This document shows, in pieces, positions 25,842 to 35,379 of a DNA stretch of 35,621 nt. The stretch is from a virus. The position numbers were made by a program, and so were the translations under genes. The DNA lies in the UHGV virus genome UHGV-0043842; one strand, 5' to 3'. Within the stretch, counting starts at the first letter, position 1, and each line of letters starts with the position of its first letter. Under the pieces are notes generated by a model. The model was given only the letters and a program-made list of their open reading frames with translations, was not told the origin of the DNA and ran no database searches.

Positions 25842-26757
25842 CAATTTCCGGGCAGTCAACCTGCTGGCCTTTCAGGACGCCGCGTTCTGCGTGGCTTTCC
25901 GCATCTGCTTTTTCATGTGGCGGCGGCAGGGCGGCAAGTCCTACACGATTGCCAGCAAGGCCATCGACCGCATGATTGAAAAGCCCTGGCGGAATTGCTT
26001 TTTTGTGAGCGCATCCATTGCGACCGGAAAGGAAATCGTGGAGAAGGAGGCAACCATCTGGCACGACGCCCTGGGCGCCCTGAAGGCTTGCCAGGACAGG
26101 CTGGGCAAGCAGCTGGGCGGCAACGTCATCGACACGGGCACCAAAGAACTCTTGAATGTGGATGATCTGGCGGAACTGATGGACAAGCAGGCGGCCCAGG
26201 TCAGGATTTACCACACGCGGACGGCGTACAGCCGCACGAAGATCCTCGCTCCCAATCCCGACACGGCCCGGGGCTGGACGGGTGACGTGTTCGGAGATGA
26301 AATCGGCTTCTGGCCGGACTTCAAAGGCGTATGGGACGCGGTGGAACCGATCATCTCACGCAACCCGGAATTCCTGTTCTGGCTGTTCAGCACGCCGCCC
26401 GCGGACGATACGCATTACACCTACGACCTGCTGAACCCGGGCCTGCGGACATTTGAACCGAACGCCGCCGGGAACTGGTACAAGACGGAACAGGGCTACC
26501 CGGTCCACCGTGTGGACGCTCTGGACGCCGAACTGGCCGGGCTGCCGCTCTATGATCCGCTGTCCGGCAAGGTGGTGCCCTACGAAGAATTCAGGGCGCA
26601 CAGCCTGGACCGCGCGTCGGTGGATCGCAACTATGGCCTGAAGTTTATTCAGGGCGGCACGGCAGCCATCCCGCTGGGCTGGCTGAACCGGGCGCAAAAC
26701 ATGGGCCTGGGCCATTGCACGGGCCTGGACCTGGCCGGGGAGGAGGTGTGCGCATGA
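25825..26757 (+). CDS. Terminase large subunit, N-terminal ATPase portion (310 aa).
   Basis: Walker A-like WRRQGGKS and Walker B-like GDVFGDEIGF. Ends at a TGA that overlaps the next ATG. Confidence 0.5.
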   Translation: MPHHPDNFRAVNLLAFQDAAFCVAFRICFFMWRRQGGKSYTIASKAIDRMIEKPWRNCFFVSASIATGKEIVEKEATIWHDALGALKACQDRLGKQLGGNVIDTGTKELLNVDDLAELMDKQAAQVRIYHTRTAYSRTKILAPNPDTARGWTGDVFGDEIGFWPDFKGVWDAVEPIISRNPEFLFWLFSTPPADDTHYTYDLLNPGLRTFEPNAAGNWYKTEQGYPVHRVDALDAELAGLPLYDPLSGKVVPYEEFRAHSLDRASVDRNYGLKFIQGGTAAIPLGWLNRAQNMGLGHCTGLDLAGEEVCA

Positions 26758-27455
26758 TCGCGATCCGTGAAGCCATCTCCCCGAACTGGGCGGAATCCCT
26801 GTGCGCCGGAAAAGTGTGTTTCGGGCTGGACGTAGCCAGCACGGAGGGCAAGAAGTCCAACCCGTCCAGCCTGACGGCCACGGAATACTGGGACCGCATA
26901 TATTGGCAGCGGCTGGTGGTCAGGTGGAAGACGGAGCACTACGCCGTCATGCTGGGCATCCTGGAACTGGTCATTGGGGCCGTGCCTCGCGAGCAGCGTG
27001 GCGTGCTGGTGGTGGACACCAGCAATGAAAAATTCCTGGCGCGGGAACTGGCTAAAGACCTGTCCGGCCTAGTCCGGGTGGTGGGGTTTTACGGGCAGCA
27101 GGTTGTCCGCTACTGCGGCGAAAAATCCGACGCCAAGACGGCAATGGGGGCCGCGTATTGCTCCGCCCTGGAAGACGCTCTCATTGCCATGCCTCCGGGC
27201 AAATGGCTGGAAACGGACCACCGCCTGGTGACGCGCAACGGCGCACGGTTCGAGGCCGATGTGGACGCGCAGGGCAACCACGCGGACACATTTGACAGCG
27301 GCAAGCTTTCCTACTGGGGCCACGTCGGGACCGGGCTGGAATCATGCAGCCCGTCATCCTGGCGGCACAAGTCCCGCCAGGGCAAGAGCAGGAAGAGCAG
27401 TAACCGGGCCTCCGGCACCCGCCGCTGGGGCGGCATCAGGACCAGGAGATTTTAA
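26754..27455 (+). CDS. Terminase large subunit, C-terminal nuclease portion (233 aa), as a separate frame.
   Basis: GGAGGAGG Shine-Dalgarno sequence 7 nt upstream of ATG 26754. FGLDVASTEGK corresponds to LGIDFGRSNDPT in the module-A terminase. Confidence 0.45.
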   Translation: MIAIREAISPNWAESLCAGKVCFGLDVASTEGKKSNPSSLTATEYWDRIYWQRLVVRWKTEHYAVMLGILELVIGAVPREQRGVLVVDTSNEKFLARELAKDLSGLVRVVGFYGQQVVRYCGEKSDAKTAMGAAYCSALEDALIAMPPGKWLETDHRLVTRNGARFEADVDAQGNHADTFDSGKLSYWGHVGTGLESCSPSSWRHKSRQGKSRKSSNRASGTRRWGGIRTRRF

Positions 27456-27459
27456 CACG

Positions 27460-29520
27460 ATGAACATTTTACCGCAATTTGTGAACAGGATGATTGGCAG
27501 GCCAGGGAATTTCCGGACTGGCATGATCAGGCTGATCGGCTTTTTGTCCCGACGCTCTCAAAAGGAAGGCCGGAACCCGCTGCCATTCCTGACGCCGCAG
27601 GAAGCCCGCGCCCTCTATGAATTGTACCGGAAAGGCCAGTATGCCGACGTGATGCTGTGCTGGGCCGCCCTGGAAGAAACGGACGACATGCTGGGCACGG
27701 TCCTGGACCGCCGCGCCTCCGCCCTGGCGGAAATGACTGACGACGTGAAGGTGGATGCCAAAGCCATCGGCAACAACCCGGACTTGCAAACGCTGGCCGA
27801 CGAGCAGCAGCAATGCCTGGCGGAATATTACGGCAAGATCGACAACTTGAGGGATGCGGTGCGGTTCATGGGATCGGCTACCTTCCGCGGGTACGCGCAC
27901 CTGGAACCCGTGGCCGGAGGCGGCAGAATCAGGATGGAACCCGTGGACCAGTGGCTGATGGCCCGGCCTGTCAAGGGCGGGGCCTGGTATTACAACGAAT
28001 CCGCCGACAGGTCATGCGCCAAGCTGGAAGCCGTGGATGAAAGCCGCCTGATCATCCGTGAATGCCTCCGGCCCGTGGACCTGCCCGCCATGTTCGCCAT
28101 CTGCGCCAAGGCCCATGCCCTGGACGGGTGGGACGGATTCATTGACGTGTTCGGCAACCCGGCCATCTTCTTCAAATACCCGCCAAACACTTCTGACGAA
28201 CAGGCACGGGAATATGACCGCATCGCCGAAGAGATGATCGGGGACGGGCGCGGCGGCTACCCGGACGGAGGGGACATCAAGACTGTGGAAACGACGGCCC
28301 GCGGAGGGGACACCTTCAAACAGCGCTGCGAGTGGTGCGACAAGCAGATTGTGCGCCGCGGCACGGGCGGCGAGCTGACCGTGCTGGCGGAATCCGGCAG
28401 CGGGACGCTGGCGGGCAACGCCCACCAGGAAACATTCCGCATGTTGGCGGCGGGCGAAGGCGCGGAAATCTCCGAAAGCTTCAACCGCCAAATGAGCCGC
28501 CGCCTGCTGGACCGCCATTTCCCGGGAAGGCCGCATCTGGCCTACTGGACGCTGGAATACGAAGAAGCCGAAGACGTAGGCAAGCAGGTGGACAACATCA
28601 CGAAATTGGCCGCCGCGGGATATATTGCCGACGAGGAAGAAGTAAGCGAGGCGTCCGGCTATACGGTCACGTACCGGGCGCCGCAGCCGTCCCAGGAACA
28701 ACCCTCCTTCCCCCTGCTGGCCAACAGCCGCGGAAACTGGCAACACATCCCCGCACAGATTGAGCAGACCAGGAACAACGCCCCCCTGACGGCCCAGGAA
28801 CTTGCCCTGCTGGAAAAGCTGCTCAACGCACAGCCGAACCCGGCCATGATCCGGAATGATGCCCGGAAGCTGGAAACGGCCATGAAACGCGCCGCAGGGC
28901 TGGAAGTGGGCAATGACCCGGAAAAGCAGGAAAGCACCCCGGCAGCCCCCCGGCAAAACGCAAATACGCCCCAAAACGAAGACCAGGGAAACCTGCTGGC
29001 CAACTACGGCACCAGCGAAGGGGCCAAGAAGGGCTGGGACAAGCGGGGGCGCGGGCAGCATGAGGCCATCGGCCAAACCGGAACGGCCAAAAGCCTGGGA
29101 CTGGAAAAATTGTCCGCCCTGACCCCCGACCCGGCCAGCAGCCACAGCCACCCGGGAAGAGCGCGGAAAGCCCTGACGCGTGGATTTATGGCCCGGTCCA
29201 TCGACGGGCAGGACGTGCATTTCAGCAAGGGCGTCCTGGATCACTGGGAAAGCACCCAGCCCCCCAAAACGCCCGAGGAACAGAACCGGAGATTGCGGCG
29301 TTTATCTGAAGCTGTCCGGGCCGTGAAAAACCCGCACGAAGTGTGGGAATCCCACAACGGCCAGAAGACCTACCTGCGCGTGTACAAGGATGACGCCGGG
29401 AAATTTGCCATGAGCGGATTTATCACGGGCAAGGATGGCCAGGTGAGAAGCTTTTTCCACAGCCGCCGACTGAATGGAGCCGAAAAGATGAGAAAGGGAA
29501 CCCTGAAATACAAGAGATAA
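27460..29520 (+). CDS. Portal protein (Mu gp29 / DUF935-like) with a unique basic C-terminal extension.
   Basis: ATG at 27460 preceded by AGGAG; the track's 27259 start is rejected. 686 aa versus 579 aa in module A. Confidence 0.55.
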   Translation: MNILPQFVNRMIGRPGNFRTGMIRLIGFLSRRSQKEGRNPLPFLTPQEARALYELYRKGQYADVMLCWAALEETDDMLGTVLDRRASALAEMTDDVKVDAKAIGNNPDLQTLADEQQQCLAEYYGKIDNLRDAVRFMGSATFRGYAHLEPVAGGGRIRMEPVDQWLMARPVKGGAWYYNESADRSCAKLEAVDESRLIIRECLRPVDLPAMFAICAKAHALDGWDGFIDVFGNPAIFFKYPPNTSDEQAREYDRIAEEMIGDGRGGYPDGGDIKTVETTARGGDTFKQRCEWCDKQIVRRGTGGELTVLAESGSGTLAGNAHQETFRMLAAGEGAEISESFNRQMSRRLLDRHFPGRPHLAYWTLEYEEAEDVGKQVDNITKLAAAGYIADEEEVSEASGYTVTYRAPQPSQEQPSFPLLANSRGNWQHIPAQIEQTRNNAPLTAQELALLEKLLNAQPNPAMIRNDARKLETAMKRAAGLEVGNDPEKQESTPAAPRQNANTPQNEDQGNLLANYGTSEGAKKGWDKRGRGQHEAIGQTGTAKSLGLEKLSALTPDPASSHSHPGRARKALTRGFMARSIDGQDVHFSKGVLDHWESTQPPKTPEEQNRRLRRLSEAVRAVKNPHEVWESHNGQKTYLRVYKDDAGKFAMSGFITGKDGQVRSFFHSRRLNGAEKMRKGTLKYKR

Positions 29521-29628
29521 AAGAAGTACGGACGGGAGGGCCATCTCCCCGCACGGGCTAACGCGGCCTTAACGGATGGCCCCCAGGCCGCGCATCACCG
29601 TAACAACACCATAACCAACGCACGCAGA

Positions 29629-30630
29629 ATGTCAACAAAGATGAAGACCATTACCTTAGAGGATTTGCAGCCCTGGGAAAACCCGGGGGACGGCTGGTAC
29701 AACATCGAACGCTGGGGGGAACATCCCCAGCAGACAGCGGACGGGAAAAAATATATCCAGGTCATCGACGATGAGGCCGTGCGGGCCATCGTGGAAGCAG
29801 GCGTCCCGGAAGAAGGGCTGCTGACCGACGTGGAACATGTGTCCGTTGCCGTCACCGGGCCGCGGGATAGCCGGGCTTACGGCTGGGTGCGCGAGCTTGC
29901 CGCCCTGCCAACGGCGGAAGGGCTGCAACTGTGCGCCCGTATCGAATGGACGCCGCTGGGCCTCCCCCTGGTCCGGGACCGCATCTACAAACATTTTTCG
30001 ACCGTGTACAGCGTGGAGCTGTGCGCGGACCTGGGCGGCGGACGCCTCCGCCCCCTGCAACTCGTCGGGCTGGCCCTAACCAACCAGCCCAACAACCCCG
30101 GCCAGCGCCCGATCACCAACAGTCAGGCCGCGCCGCTCAACGACAACACAAACCAACAAGACAACAACATGGAAGAATTGAAAAAAATCGCCGCCAAGCT
30201 GGGACTGCCGGAAGACGCCGGGCTGGACCAGATACTGGCAACACTCGACGCCCTGATGGCCGCCGAACAGGAAGCCGCGGAAGCGGAAACGCTGCTCAAC
30301 AGCGAAGAACTGAAGGACCTGCCCGATGAGGCACGGAAAGACCTGAAGGACGAACTGCTGACCAATCGCGACCTGGGTATTAAGATGATCAATCTGCTGA
30401 TCAACCGCAAGGGCGGCGGTGCACCTCCCGCCACTGCTCCGAGATATGCCCGCCCCGGATTCCGTCCGGCGACGAAGGCTACCAAGGGAACCGTGAGCAT
30501 GGATGCGGAACGCGGCAGGTTGCTGACCAACACGGCTAAAGAAATCCAGGCACAGGAACGCAACGCCGGGCGCACCTGCTCGTTTTGGAAGGCGAAAAAC
30601 ATGGCTAAATCCCGCCTGAGGCAGAAGTAA
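29629..30630 (+). CDS. Mu gpI-like prohead protease/scaffold.
   Basis: Paralog of 6696..7937. Confidence 0.45.
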   Translation: MSTKMKTITLEDLQPWENPGDGWYNIERWGEHPQQTADGKKYIQVIDDEAVRAIVEAGVPEEGLLTDVEHVSVAVTGPRDSRAYGWVRELAALPTAEGLQLCARIEWTPLGLPLVRDRIYKHFSTVYSVELCADLGGGRLRPLQLVGLALTNQPNNPGQRPITNSQAAPLNDNTNQQDNNMEELKKIAAKLGLPEDAGLDQILATLDALMAAEQEAAEAETLLNSEELKDLPDEARKDLKDELLTNRDLGIKMINLLINRKGGGAPPATAPRYARPGFRPATKATKGTVSMDAERGRLLTNTAKEIQAQERNAGRTCSFWKAKNMAKSRLRQK

Positions 30631-30666
30631 GCCGCACCAGCTATTAACTTTTAACCAGTAAACAAC

Positions 30667-31062
30667 ATGGCAATTATCCATCAACAAGCCGTCATGAGGG
30701 CGGAAAGCGGCGTGGACCTCCGCAAATGCGAAGGCTGCTTCGTGAAGAAAGACACATCGGGCAAGTTGGTCTTGTGCGATAAATCCGACATCCCCCTGGG
30801 CGTGGTCCACGTCGGCGGAGACGAAGGAGAAGACACGGATTACCTCCTGCCCGCCCATCAGGGGATCGTGGGGGTGCGGTTGAGCGAATCCCCCGGCAGC
30901 GTGGAAGAGGGAACCAGGCTTGTCCTGGACGACGGAGGCACCGCCAAGGCCGGAGATACCGGAACCCTGGTGGCCGTGGCCTGCGAGCCGGGAACCGGGG
31001 GGCAGCTCCTGGAATCCTACTTGACCCTCCCGACCGTGCTGGCGTCTTCTGCCGGGGACTGA
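30667..31062 (+). CDS. Head decoration-like protein.
   Basis: Paralog of 6219..6665. Confidence 0.35.
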   Translation: MAIIHQQAVMRAESGVDLRKCEGCFVKKDTSGKLVLCDKSDIPLGVVHVGGDEGEDTDYLLPAHQGIVGVRLSESPGSVEEGTRLVLDDGGTAKAGDTGTLVAVACEPGTGGQLLESYLTLPTVLASSAGD

Positions 31063-31104
31063 CGCACTCAACAACCAACAATAAGCAATAGATACTAACA
31101 TTAT

Positions 31105-32016
31105 ATGTTTCAGAACGCTGCAAGCTACAACGGTTATTTGACCGAGCTGTGCCAGGCCGCTTATGCGGACGAGGCGGACAGCATCAGCCGCAAATTGTTC
31201 CCAACCGTGGGGGTGAAAACCGCCGTGGGGAGTTACAAGAAGCGGGACATCGACAACGCGTTCCGCGTTTATAAAACGGCCCTGTCCAGGGGGAATTCTC
31301 CTACGCGGATAGACACCAACGCCACGGACGATTTTTACAACTGCAAGCCCCACGCATTGGAGGTCGGCAGTTGGAAATTCGACATGGAACAGGACGGCGG
31401 AGGGGATGATGAACGGGAAAGCAACCTTCAGGATTTGATCAGCTCCCAGCTGGTCACGAGGGAAGTTGAAGCCGTCACCATCTGGAAAGCCGGGGTGCCA
31501 GTCACGGCTGGAAGCGGCAACTGGACGAGTACCGCCGGGCAGAAAGCCAACATCATCCAGGAACTGGATAACCTGGCCCTGACGATCCAGGCGGCCATCG
31601 GGCGCAAGCCGACGCATTTGATCCTGGGGCTGAAAGCCTGGGTGGTCATGAAGAATCATCCGTTCTTCCTTAATCGCCTTCAGGGGTTGGAACTGACTGC
31701 CAGCCTGGACACCCTGAAGAACATGCTGGTGTTCCCGGACATTGACGTGTCCCTGGCATCCATGCCCTACCAGCCCGCAGCACGCGGGAAGTCCGGCAAG
31801 ATGCAGGGCATTATGGGATCGGACATTTTCATGTTCTACTCCCAGGACGCGCCGACGCGCAACGACATGTCAGCAGCCAAGGATTTCACGCTGGAACCTT
31901 CCGGCCCGGAAATCCTGTCCGAAGAACGGACGCTGGAAGTGGTGGACATGATGTACTGGTCCACTCACCGGAAAGTGACCAATCCGGCAGCCGCCGCACG
32001 CATCGAAGTATCGTAA
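31105..32016 (+). CDS. Major capsid protein.
   Basis: Paralog of 5217..6185. A hairpin lies downstream at ~32040..32068. Confidence 0.45.
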   Translation: MFQNAASYNGYLTELCQAAYADEADSISRKLFPTVGVKTAVGSYKKRDIDNAFRVYKTALSRGNSPTRIDTNATDDFYNCKPHALEVGSWKFDMEQDGGGDDERESNLQDLISSQLVTREVEAVTIWKAGVPVTAGSGNWTSTAGQKANIIQELDNLALTIQAAIGRKPTHLILGLKAWVVMKNHPFFLNRLQGLELTASLDTLKNMLVFPDIDVSLASMPYQPAARGKSGKMQGIMGSDIFMFYSQDAPTRNDMSAAKDFTLEPSGPEILSEERTLEVVDMMYWSTHRKVTNPAAAARIEVS

Positions 32017-32092
32017 CCAGGAATGACCGATTGACGAGGACTGTTCCGGGGGCGCAACGCCGCCCCCGGAACTTACAACCAGAAGAAAAACC

Positions 32093-32521
32093 ATGTGGAC
32101 GCCCCTAACTGAAACCATCCTGAACCAGGTACTGAACGCCGGGGAACTGGCCAGCGTAACGCGCGACCGCGCCCAGGTGCAGCCCGATCCCATTCCCGGC
32201 ATCCTGGCCGAGACGGCGGCCACCATCCGCAGCCGCATTGCCTCCGGAGGCCGCACCAGGTTACAGGGAAGCCCTGACTGCATCCCCGCGGAACTGATGG
32301 CGGAAGCCGGGGCCATTGTCCGTTACCGCGTCCTGGTCCGGTTTGCCCTGGCCATGACGGACGAGCGGAAAGCGGAGTGGCAGCACGCCAATGACGTGCT
32401 GAAGGAATTATCCTCCGGCAGCTACGTGATCACCGATGACGCCAGCGACAAGACCCCCAGCCCGCACTATTCCGGAAGGCCGATCCGGTGGGGCATGAGC
32501 CGCCACGGCGGGGTGATGTAA
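32093..32521 (+). CDS. DUF1320 / Mu gp36-like protein.
   Basis: Paralog of 4015..4482. Confidence 0.35.
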   Translation: MWTPLTETILNQVLNAGELASVTRDRAQVQPDPIPGILAETAATIRSRIASGGRTRLQGSPDCIPAELMAEAGAIVRYRVLVRFALAMTDERKAEWQHANDVLKELSSGSYVITDDASDKTPSPHYSGRPIRWGMSRHGGVM

Positions 32522-32569
32522 GGCCCGCGCATGCGGGCAGTGAACAGTTAAAAGCGAATAGTTAATAGG

Positions 32570-33334
32570 ATGCCAAGCGCCGAAGAAATACTGATGGGAA
32601 AGCGGCTGATGCCGACCAACTTGAATTCCGCCCAGCTGGAACAAATGGGCCGGGAATTCACGCAGCGTGCTGTTTTTTCGGCTGGCTGCAACCATCTTCA
32701 GACGGTTCAGGCAATCCGGGACGGATCCCGGAAAATTTTGAACGGCGAATGGCTGAATGCTTCCGCCCGCGAGTTTTTGCAGGCGGTACTTAAATTTTAC
32801 AATTATGAGGCCCCGGAGGATGCTGAGGGGACGATCCGGGACATGACGACACCCGGACGCCAGAATTTGATTTTTGACCAGACAGTGGCCCAGGCGCGGA
32901 ACTATGCCTGGAAAGAAAACCTGCTGGCCGACGACAGGCCCCACGCCTGGCAGCTGGTCCGGGTGGGAACCAGGAAAGAACCGCGGGACTGGGACACGCG
33001 CTGGAAAGATGCGTATGCGCAGCTTTCCCCCGCGGAACGGCTGGGCGTGGATGCCGAAGGAAAGCGCGCCCTGGTGAATAGCCGGATTTGGCAGCTGCTG
33101 TCCCGGTGGGGGACGGGCTACCCGCCTTTTGACTTTAATAGCGGGATGGGTGTGAAGTCCGTATCGGCGGACGGGTTGCAGGATGCGGCGGCAGCCGGGC
33201 AGGAAGATTTCAGCAGCGCCGAAGCGAGCATGAAAGGAGTGGATCAGGATTTGCGCGACTGGATCAGCCGCAACCTGGATGTGCAAGTGAGCATCCGCGG
33301 GGACAAGGCAATCATGGAAGGAGGCCGGGCATGA
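32570..33334 (+). CDS. MuF-like head morphogenesis protein, short form (254 aa, no toxin-like extension).
   Basis: Homologous to the N-terminal half of 2593..3987. Its stop overlaps the next start, so there is no inserted gap. Confidence 0.45.
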   Translation: MPSAEEILMGKRLMPTNLNSAQLEQMGREFTQRAVFSAGCNHLQTVQAIRDGSRKILNGEWLNASAREFLQAVLKFYNYEAPEDAEGTIRDMTTPGRQNLIFDQTVAQARNYAWKENLLADDRPHAWQLVRVGTRKEPRDWDTRWKDAYAQLSPAERLGVDAEGKRALVNSRIWQLLSRWGTGYPPFDFNSGMGVKSVSADGLQDAAAAGQEDFSSAEASMKGVDQDLRDWISRNLDVQVSIRGDKAIMEGGRA

Positions 33335-33960
33335 TTAGTCTGCAAGTGAACCTGGATATGTCCGTTGCCCTGGCCAGGATGGTCACGCCGGAGGATTTGC
33401 AGGCCATGACCCGGCACGCCGGGGACGATTTGCGCGACCTGCTGAAGAATCATTTTATCGACCGATCCCAGCAGACCGGATCGCGGAACTACTGGGCCGG
33501 GGCGGCGGAAGCCACGGAAAGCCACATGGAGGGCCGCACGGCCCGCGTGACGGTAAGCCATACGGGGGTGCGCCTGCACCTGCTGGGCGGCACGGTCCGG
33601 GCGACTGGCCGCATCTCCCCCGTGACGGGCCGCCCCACCAAAAGCCTGCTTGTCCCAGGGCCGGATTCCCCTTTGCGCAAGCGGCGGATCACGCTGGCCG
33701 AGGCCGGAATTCCCCAGGAGGAAATCATGGTCTTGTACAACGTCAAAAGCCGCATGCCCTACCTGGCCCGCGTCCAGGAACGCAAGCGCATGTACAAGGG
33801 CTGGAAGCAGAAAATAACGCCGCTGGGGCTGCTCCTTAAATCCGTGACGCACGACCCCGACCGCACCGTTCTGCCGTCGGATCAGGAACTGACCGACACC
33901 GTGAAATCCTCCGCCGTGGACACCCTGGCAACTAGAATTTCCAACCGAACGAAACGATGA
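33331..33960 (+). CDS. Phage virion morphogenesis-like protein.
   Basis: Paralog of 1660..2298. Confidence 0.4.
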   Translation: MISLQVNLDMSVALARMVTPEDLQAMTRHAGDDLRDLLKNHFIDRSQQTGSRNYWAGAAEATESHMEGRTARVTVSHTGVRLHLLGGTVRATGRISPVTGRPTKSLLVPGPDSPLRKRRITLAEAGIPQEEIMVLYNVKSRMPYLARVQERKRMYKGWKQKITPLGLLLKSVTHDPDRTVLPSDQELTDTVKSSAVDTLATRISNRTKR

Positions 33961-34445
33961 ACAACGAACTACCGGACGGCCCCGAATACGTGTTTGCCCA
34001 GGCGGTGATCGACCGCCTGGCCGGAAAAAAAGAACTGGCCAATTACGTGATGCCCGCCCCGTTTGACGCCAGCGACCAAGTGAACAACCTTGCCCTGGCC
34101 GTGGCGCAGTATGATGCGGCCATCGCGGTCATGCCCCAGGCACCCCAGCCGCCGCCCTGGAAGGGTGTGGACATGCCGGACCCCGGCGTGATTGTCGCCA
34201 CGGCAGCCATCCTGGTCATGACGACCGGGCAAGTGGGGGCTGACCCCACGATCCGCCGCTTGTCCGCCCTGACCGCCGCCGTGCTGCGGCGGCTGCGCAA
34301 ATGGTCCCCGCACAACGACGAGCTGGCCGGGACAGCCCCCTGGGTGGCGGAAATTACAGAACTAAGCACGGAACAAGTGCCGGACCTGAAGAACGTGGAC
34401 GGCAGAGTGATTTTCCTCTCGATCCGAGAAACCCTGAACCCATAG
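33957..34445 (+). CDS. Conserved phage late protein (162 aa).
   Basis: Positional equivalent of 1177..1641. Confidence 0.3.
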   Translation: MNNELPDGPEYVFAQAVIDRLAGKKELANYVMPAPFDASDQVNNLALAVAQYDAAIAVMPQAPQPPPWKGVDMPDPGVIVATAAILVMTTGQVGADPTIRRLSALTAAVLRRLRKWSPHNDELAGTAPWVAEITELSTEQVPDLKNVDGRVIFLSIRETLNP

Positions 34446-34452
34446 CAACAAC

Positions 34453-34668
34453 ATGGCAAAGACAGAAAAAGAACAGACGGCCCCGGCATCCGCCGCGGGG
34501 GAAGCAGGCGTCAGCAGCCAGGCCAAGCCGCAACTGGTGAAAGTGCGCGTGACCAGGACGGGCACCAACATCAGCGGCATGACCTACCTGGCCGGAGTGG
34601 TGGTGAACGTCACGCCCGACCAGGCTGCGGCGCTCGAACAGGCAAAAGCCGGCTGCCGGGTATTTTAA
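34453..34668 (+). CDS. Small conserved phage protein (71 aa).
   Basis: Paralog of 932..1144. Confidence 0.35.
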   Translation: MAKTEKEQTAPASAAGEAGVSSQAKPQLVKVRVTRTGTNISGMTYLAGVVVNVTPDQAAALEQAKAGCRVF

Positions 34669-34725
34669 CGGACCGGAGCCGGAACGACGAACCATTAACA
34701 ATTAACTATTAACCAAACCAAGCAC

Positions 34726-35313
34726 ATGGCATACGAAAAAAGATTTGTCGATAATTTGATCGGAGGCATGATCATCCGCATTGCAAAATTCGGGGAAACC
34801 GTCACCGCAGGAAACACGGTGGGAGAAGGGGCCAAGCCCGACGCTCCCACCCCGGAAAAGCCCGGACCGTGGCTGACCCTGGGTAAGATCAAGACGGCTA
34901 CCAGCGAACGCCAGAAGAAGACGGCGACGGTGGAAGGCGTGAACGACGCGGGATTTTATGAAATGCGCGATTTGTCGATCGCCCAGCAGTCCAAGCTGAA
35001 GTTCACGACGCAGGAGGTGACGCCTGAAGCGATCCAGCTGGCGTTCGGCGTGGCGGGCTGCCTGGAAGATGACCAGGAAGCCGCGCCGTTTTCATCCTCC
35101 GGCAACATCCGTTGCTGGGTGTATGGAGAACTGCGCAACTCCGGCAATAACGCCGAAAAGCTGGCCCATTTCTGCGTGATGGGGGATTTATCCCTCACCA
35201 ACAGCCCGAATTTCGCGTCCGATCCGGTGACGTGCGAGTTTGAGCTATCCATCAAGAATTCCCCCCTGGCTACGTTCACGAGCCTGGCGCTGGCCAAGCT
35301 GGCGGCGGATTAA
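34726..35313 (+). CDS. Putative major tail (tube) protein.
   Basis: Paralog of 317..898. Confidence 0.35.
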   Translation: MAYEKRFVDNLIGGMIIRIAKFGETVTAGNTVGEGAKPDAPTPEKPGPWLTLGKIKTATSERQKKTATVEGVNDAGFYEMRDLSIAQQSKLKFTTQEVTPEAIQLAFGVAGCLEDDQEAAPFSSSGNIRCWVYGELRNSGNNAEKLAHFCVMGDLSLTNSPNFASDPVTCEFELSIKNSPLATFTSLALAKLAAD

Positions 35314-35379
35314 CCCTGCGCCCATCCAGGAGCCGTCCGGCTGGGGCGGCTCCGCTTTCCCCCTTCCATCTTTCCAATC

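Noticed and set aside
27259-27459. Upstream extension of the portal ORF (753-aa version).
   Set aside because: The extension overlaps the terminase C-terminal ORF in another frame and is compositionally aberrant. A good AGGAG-ATG start exists at 27460 directly after the terminase stop.
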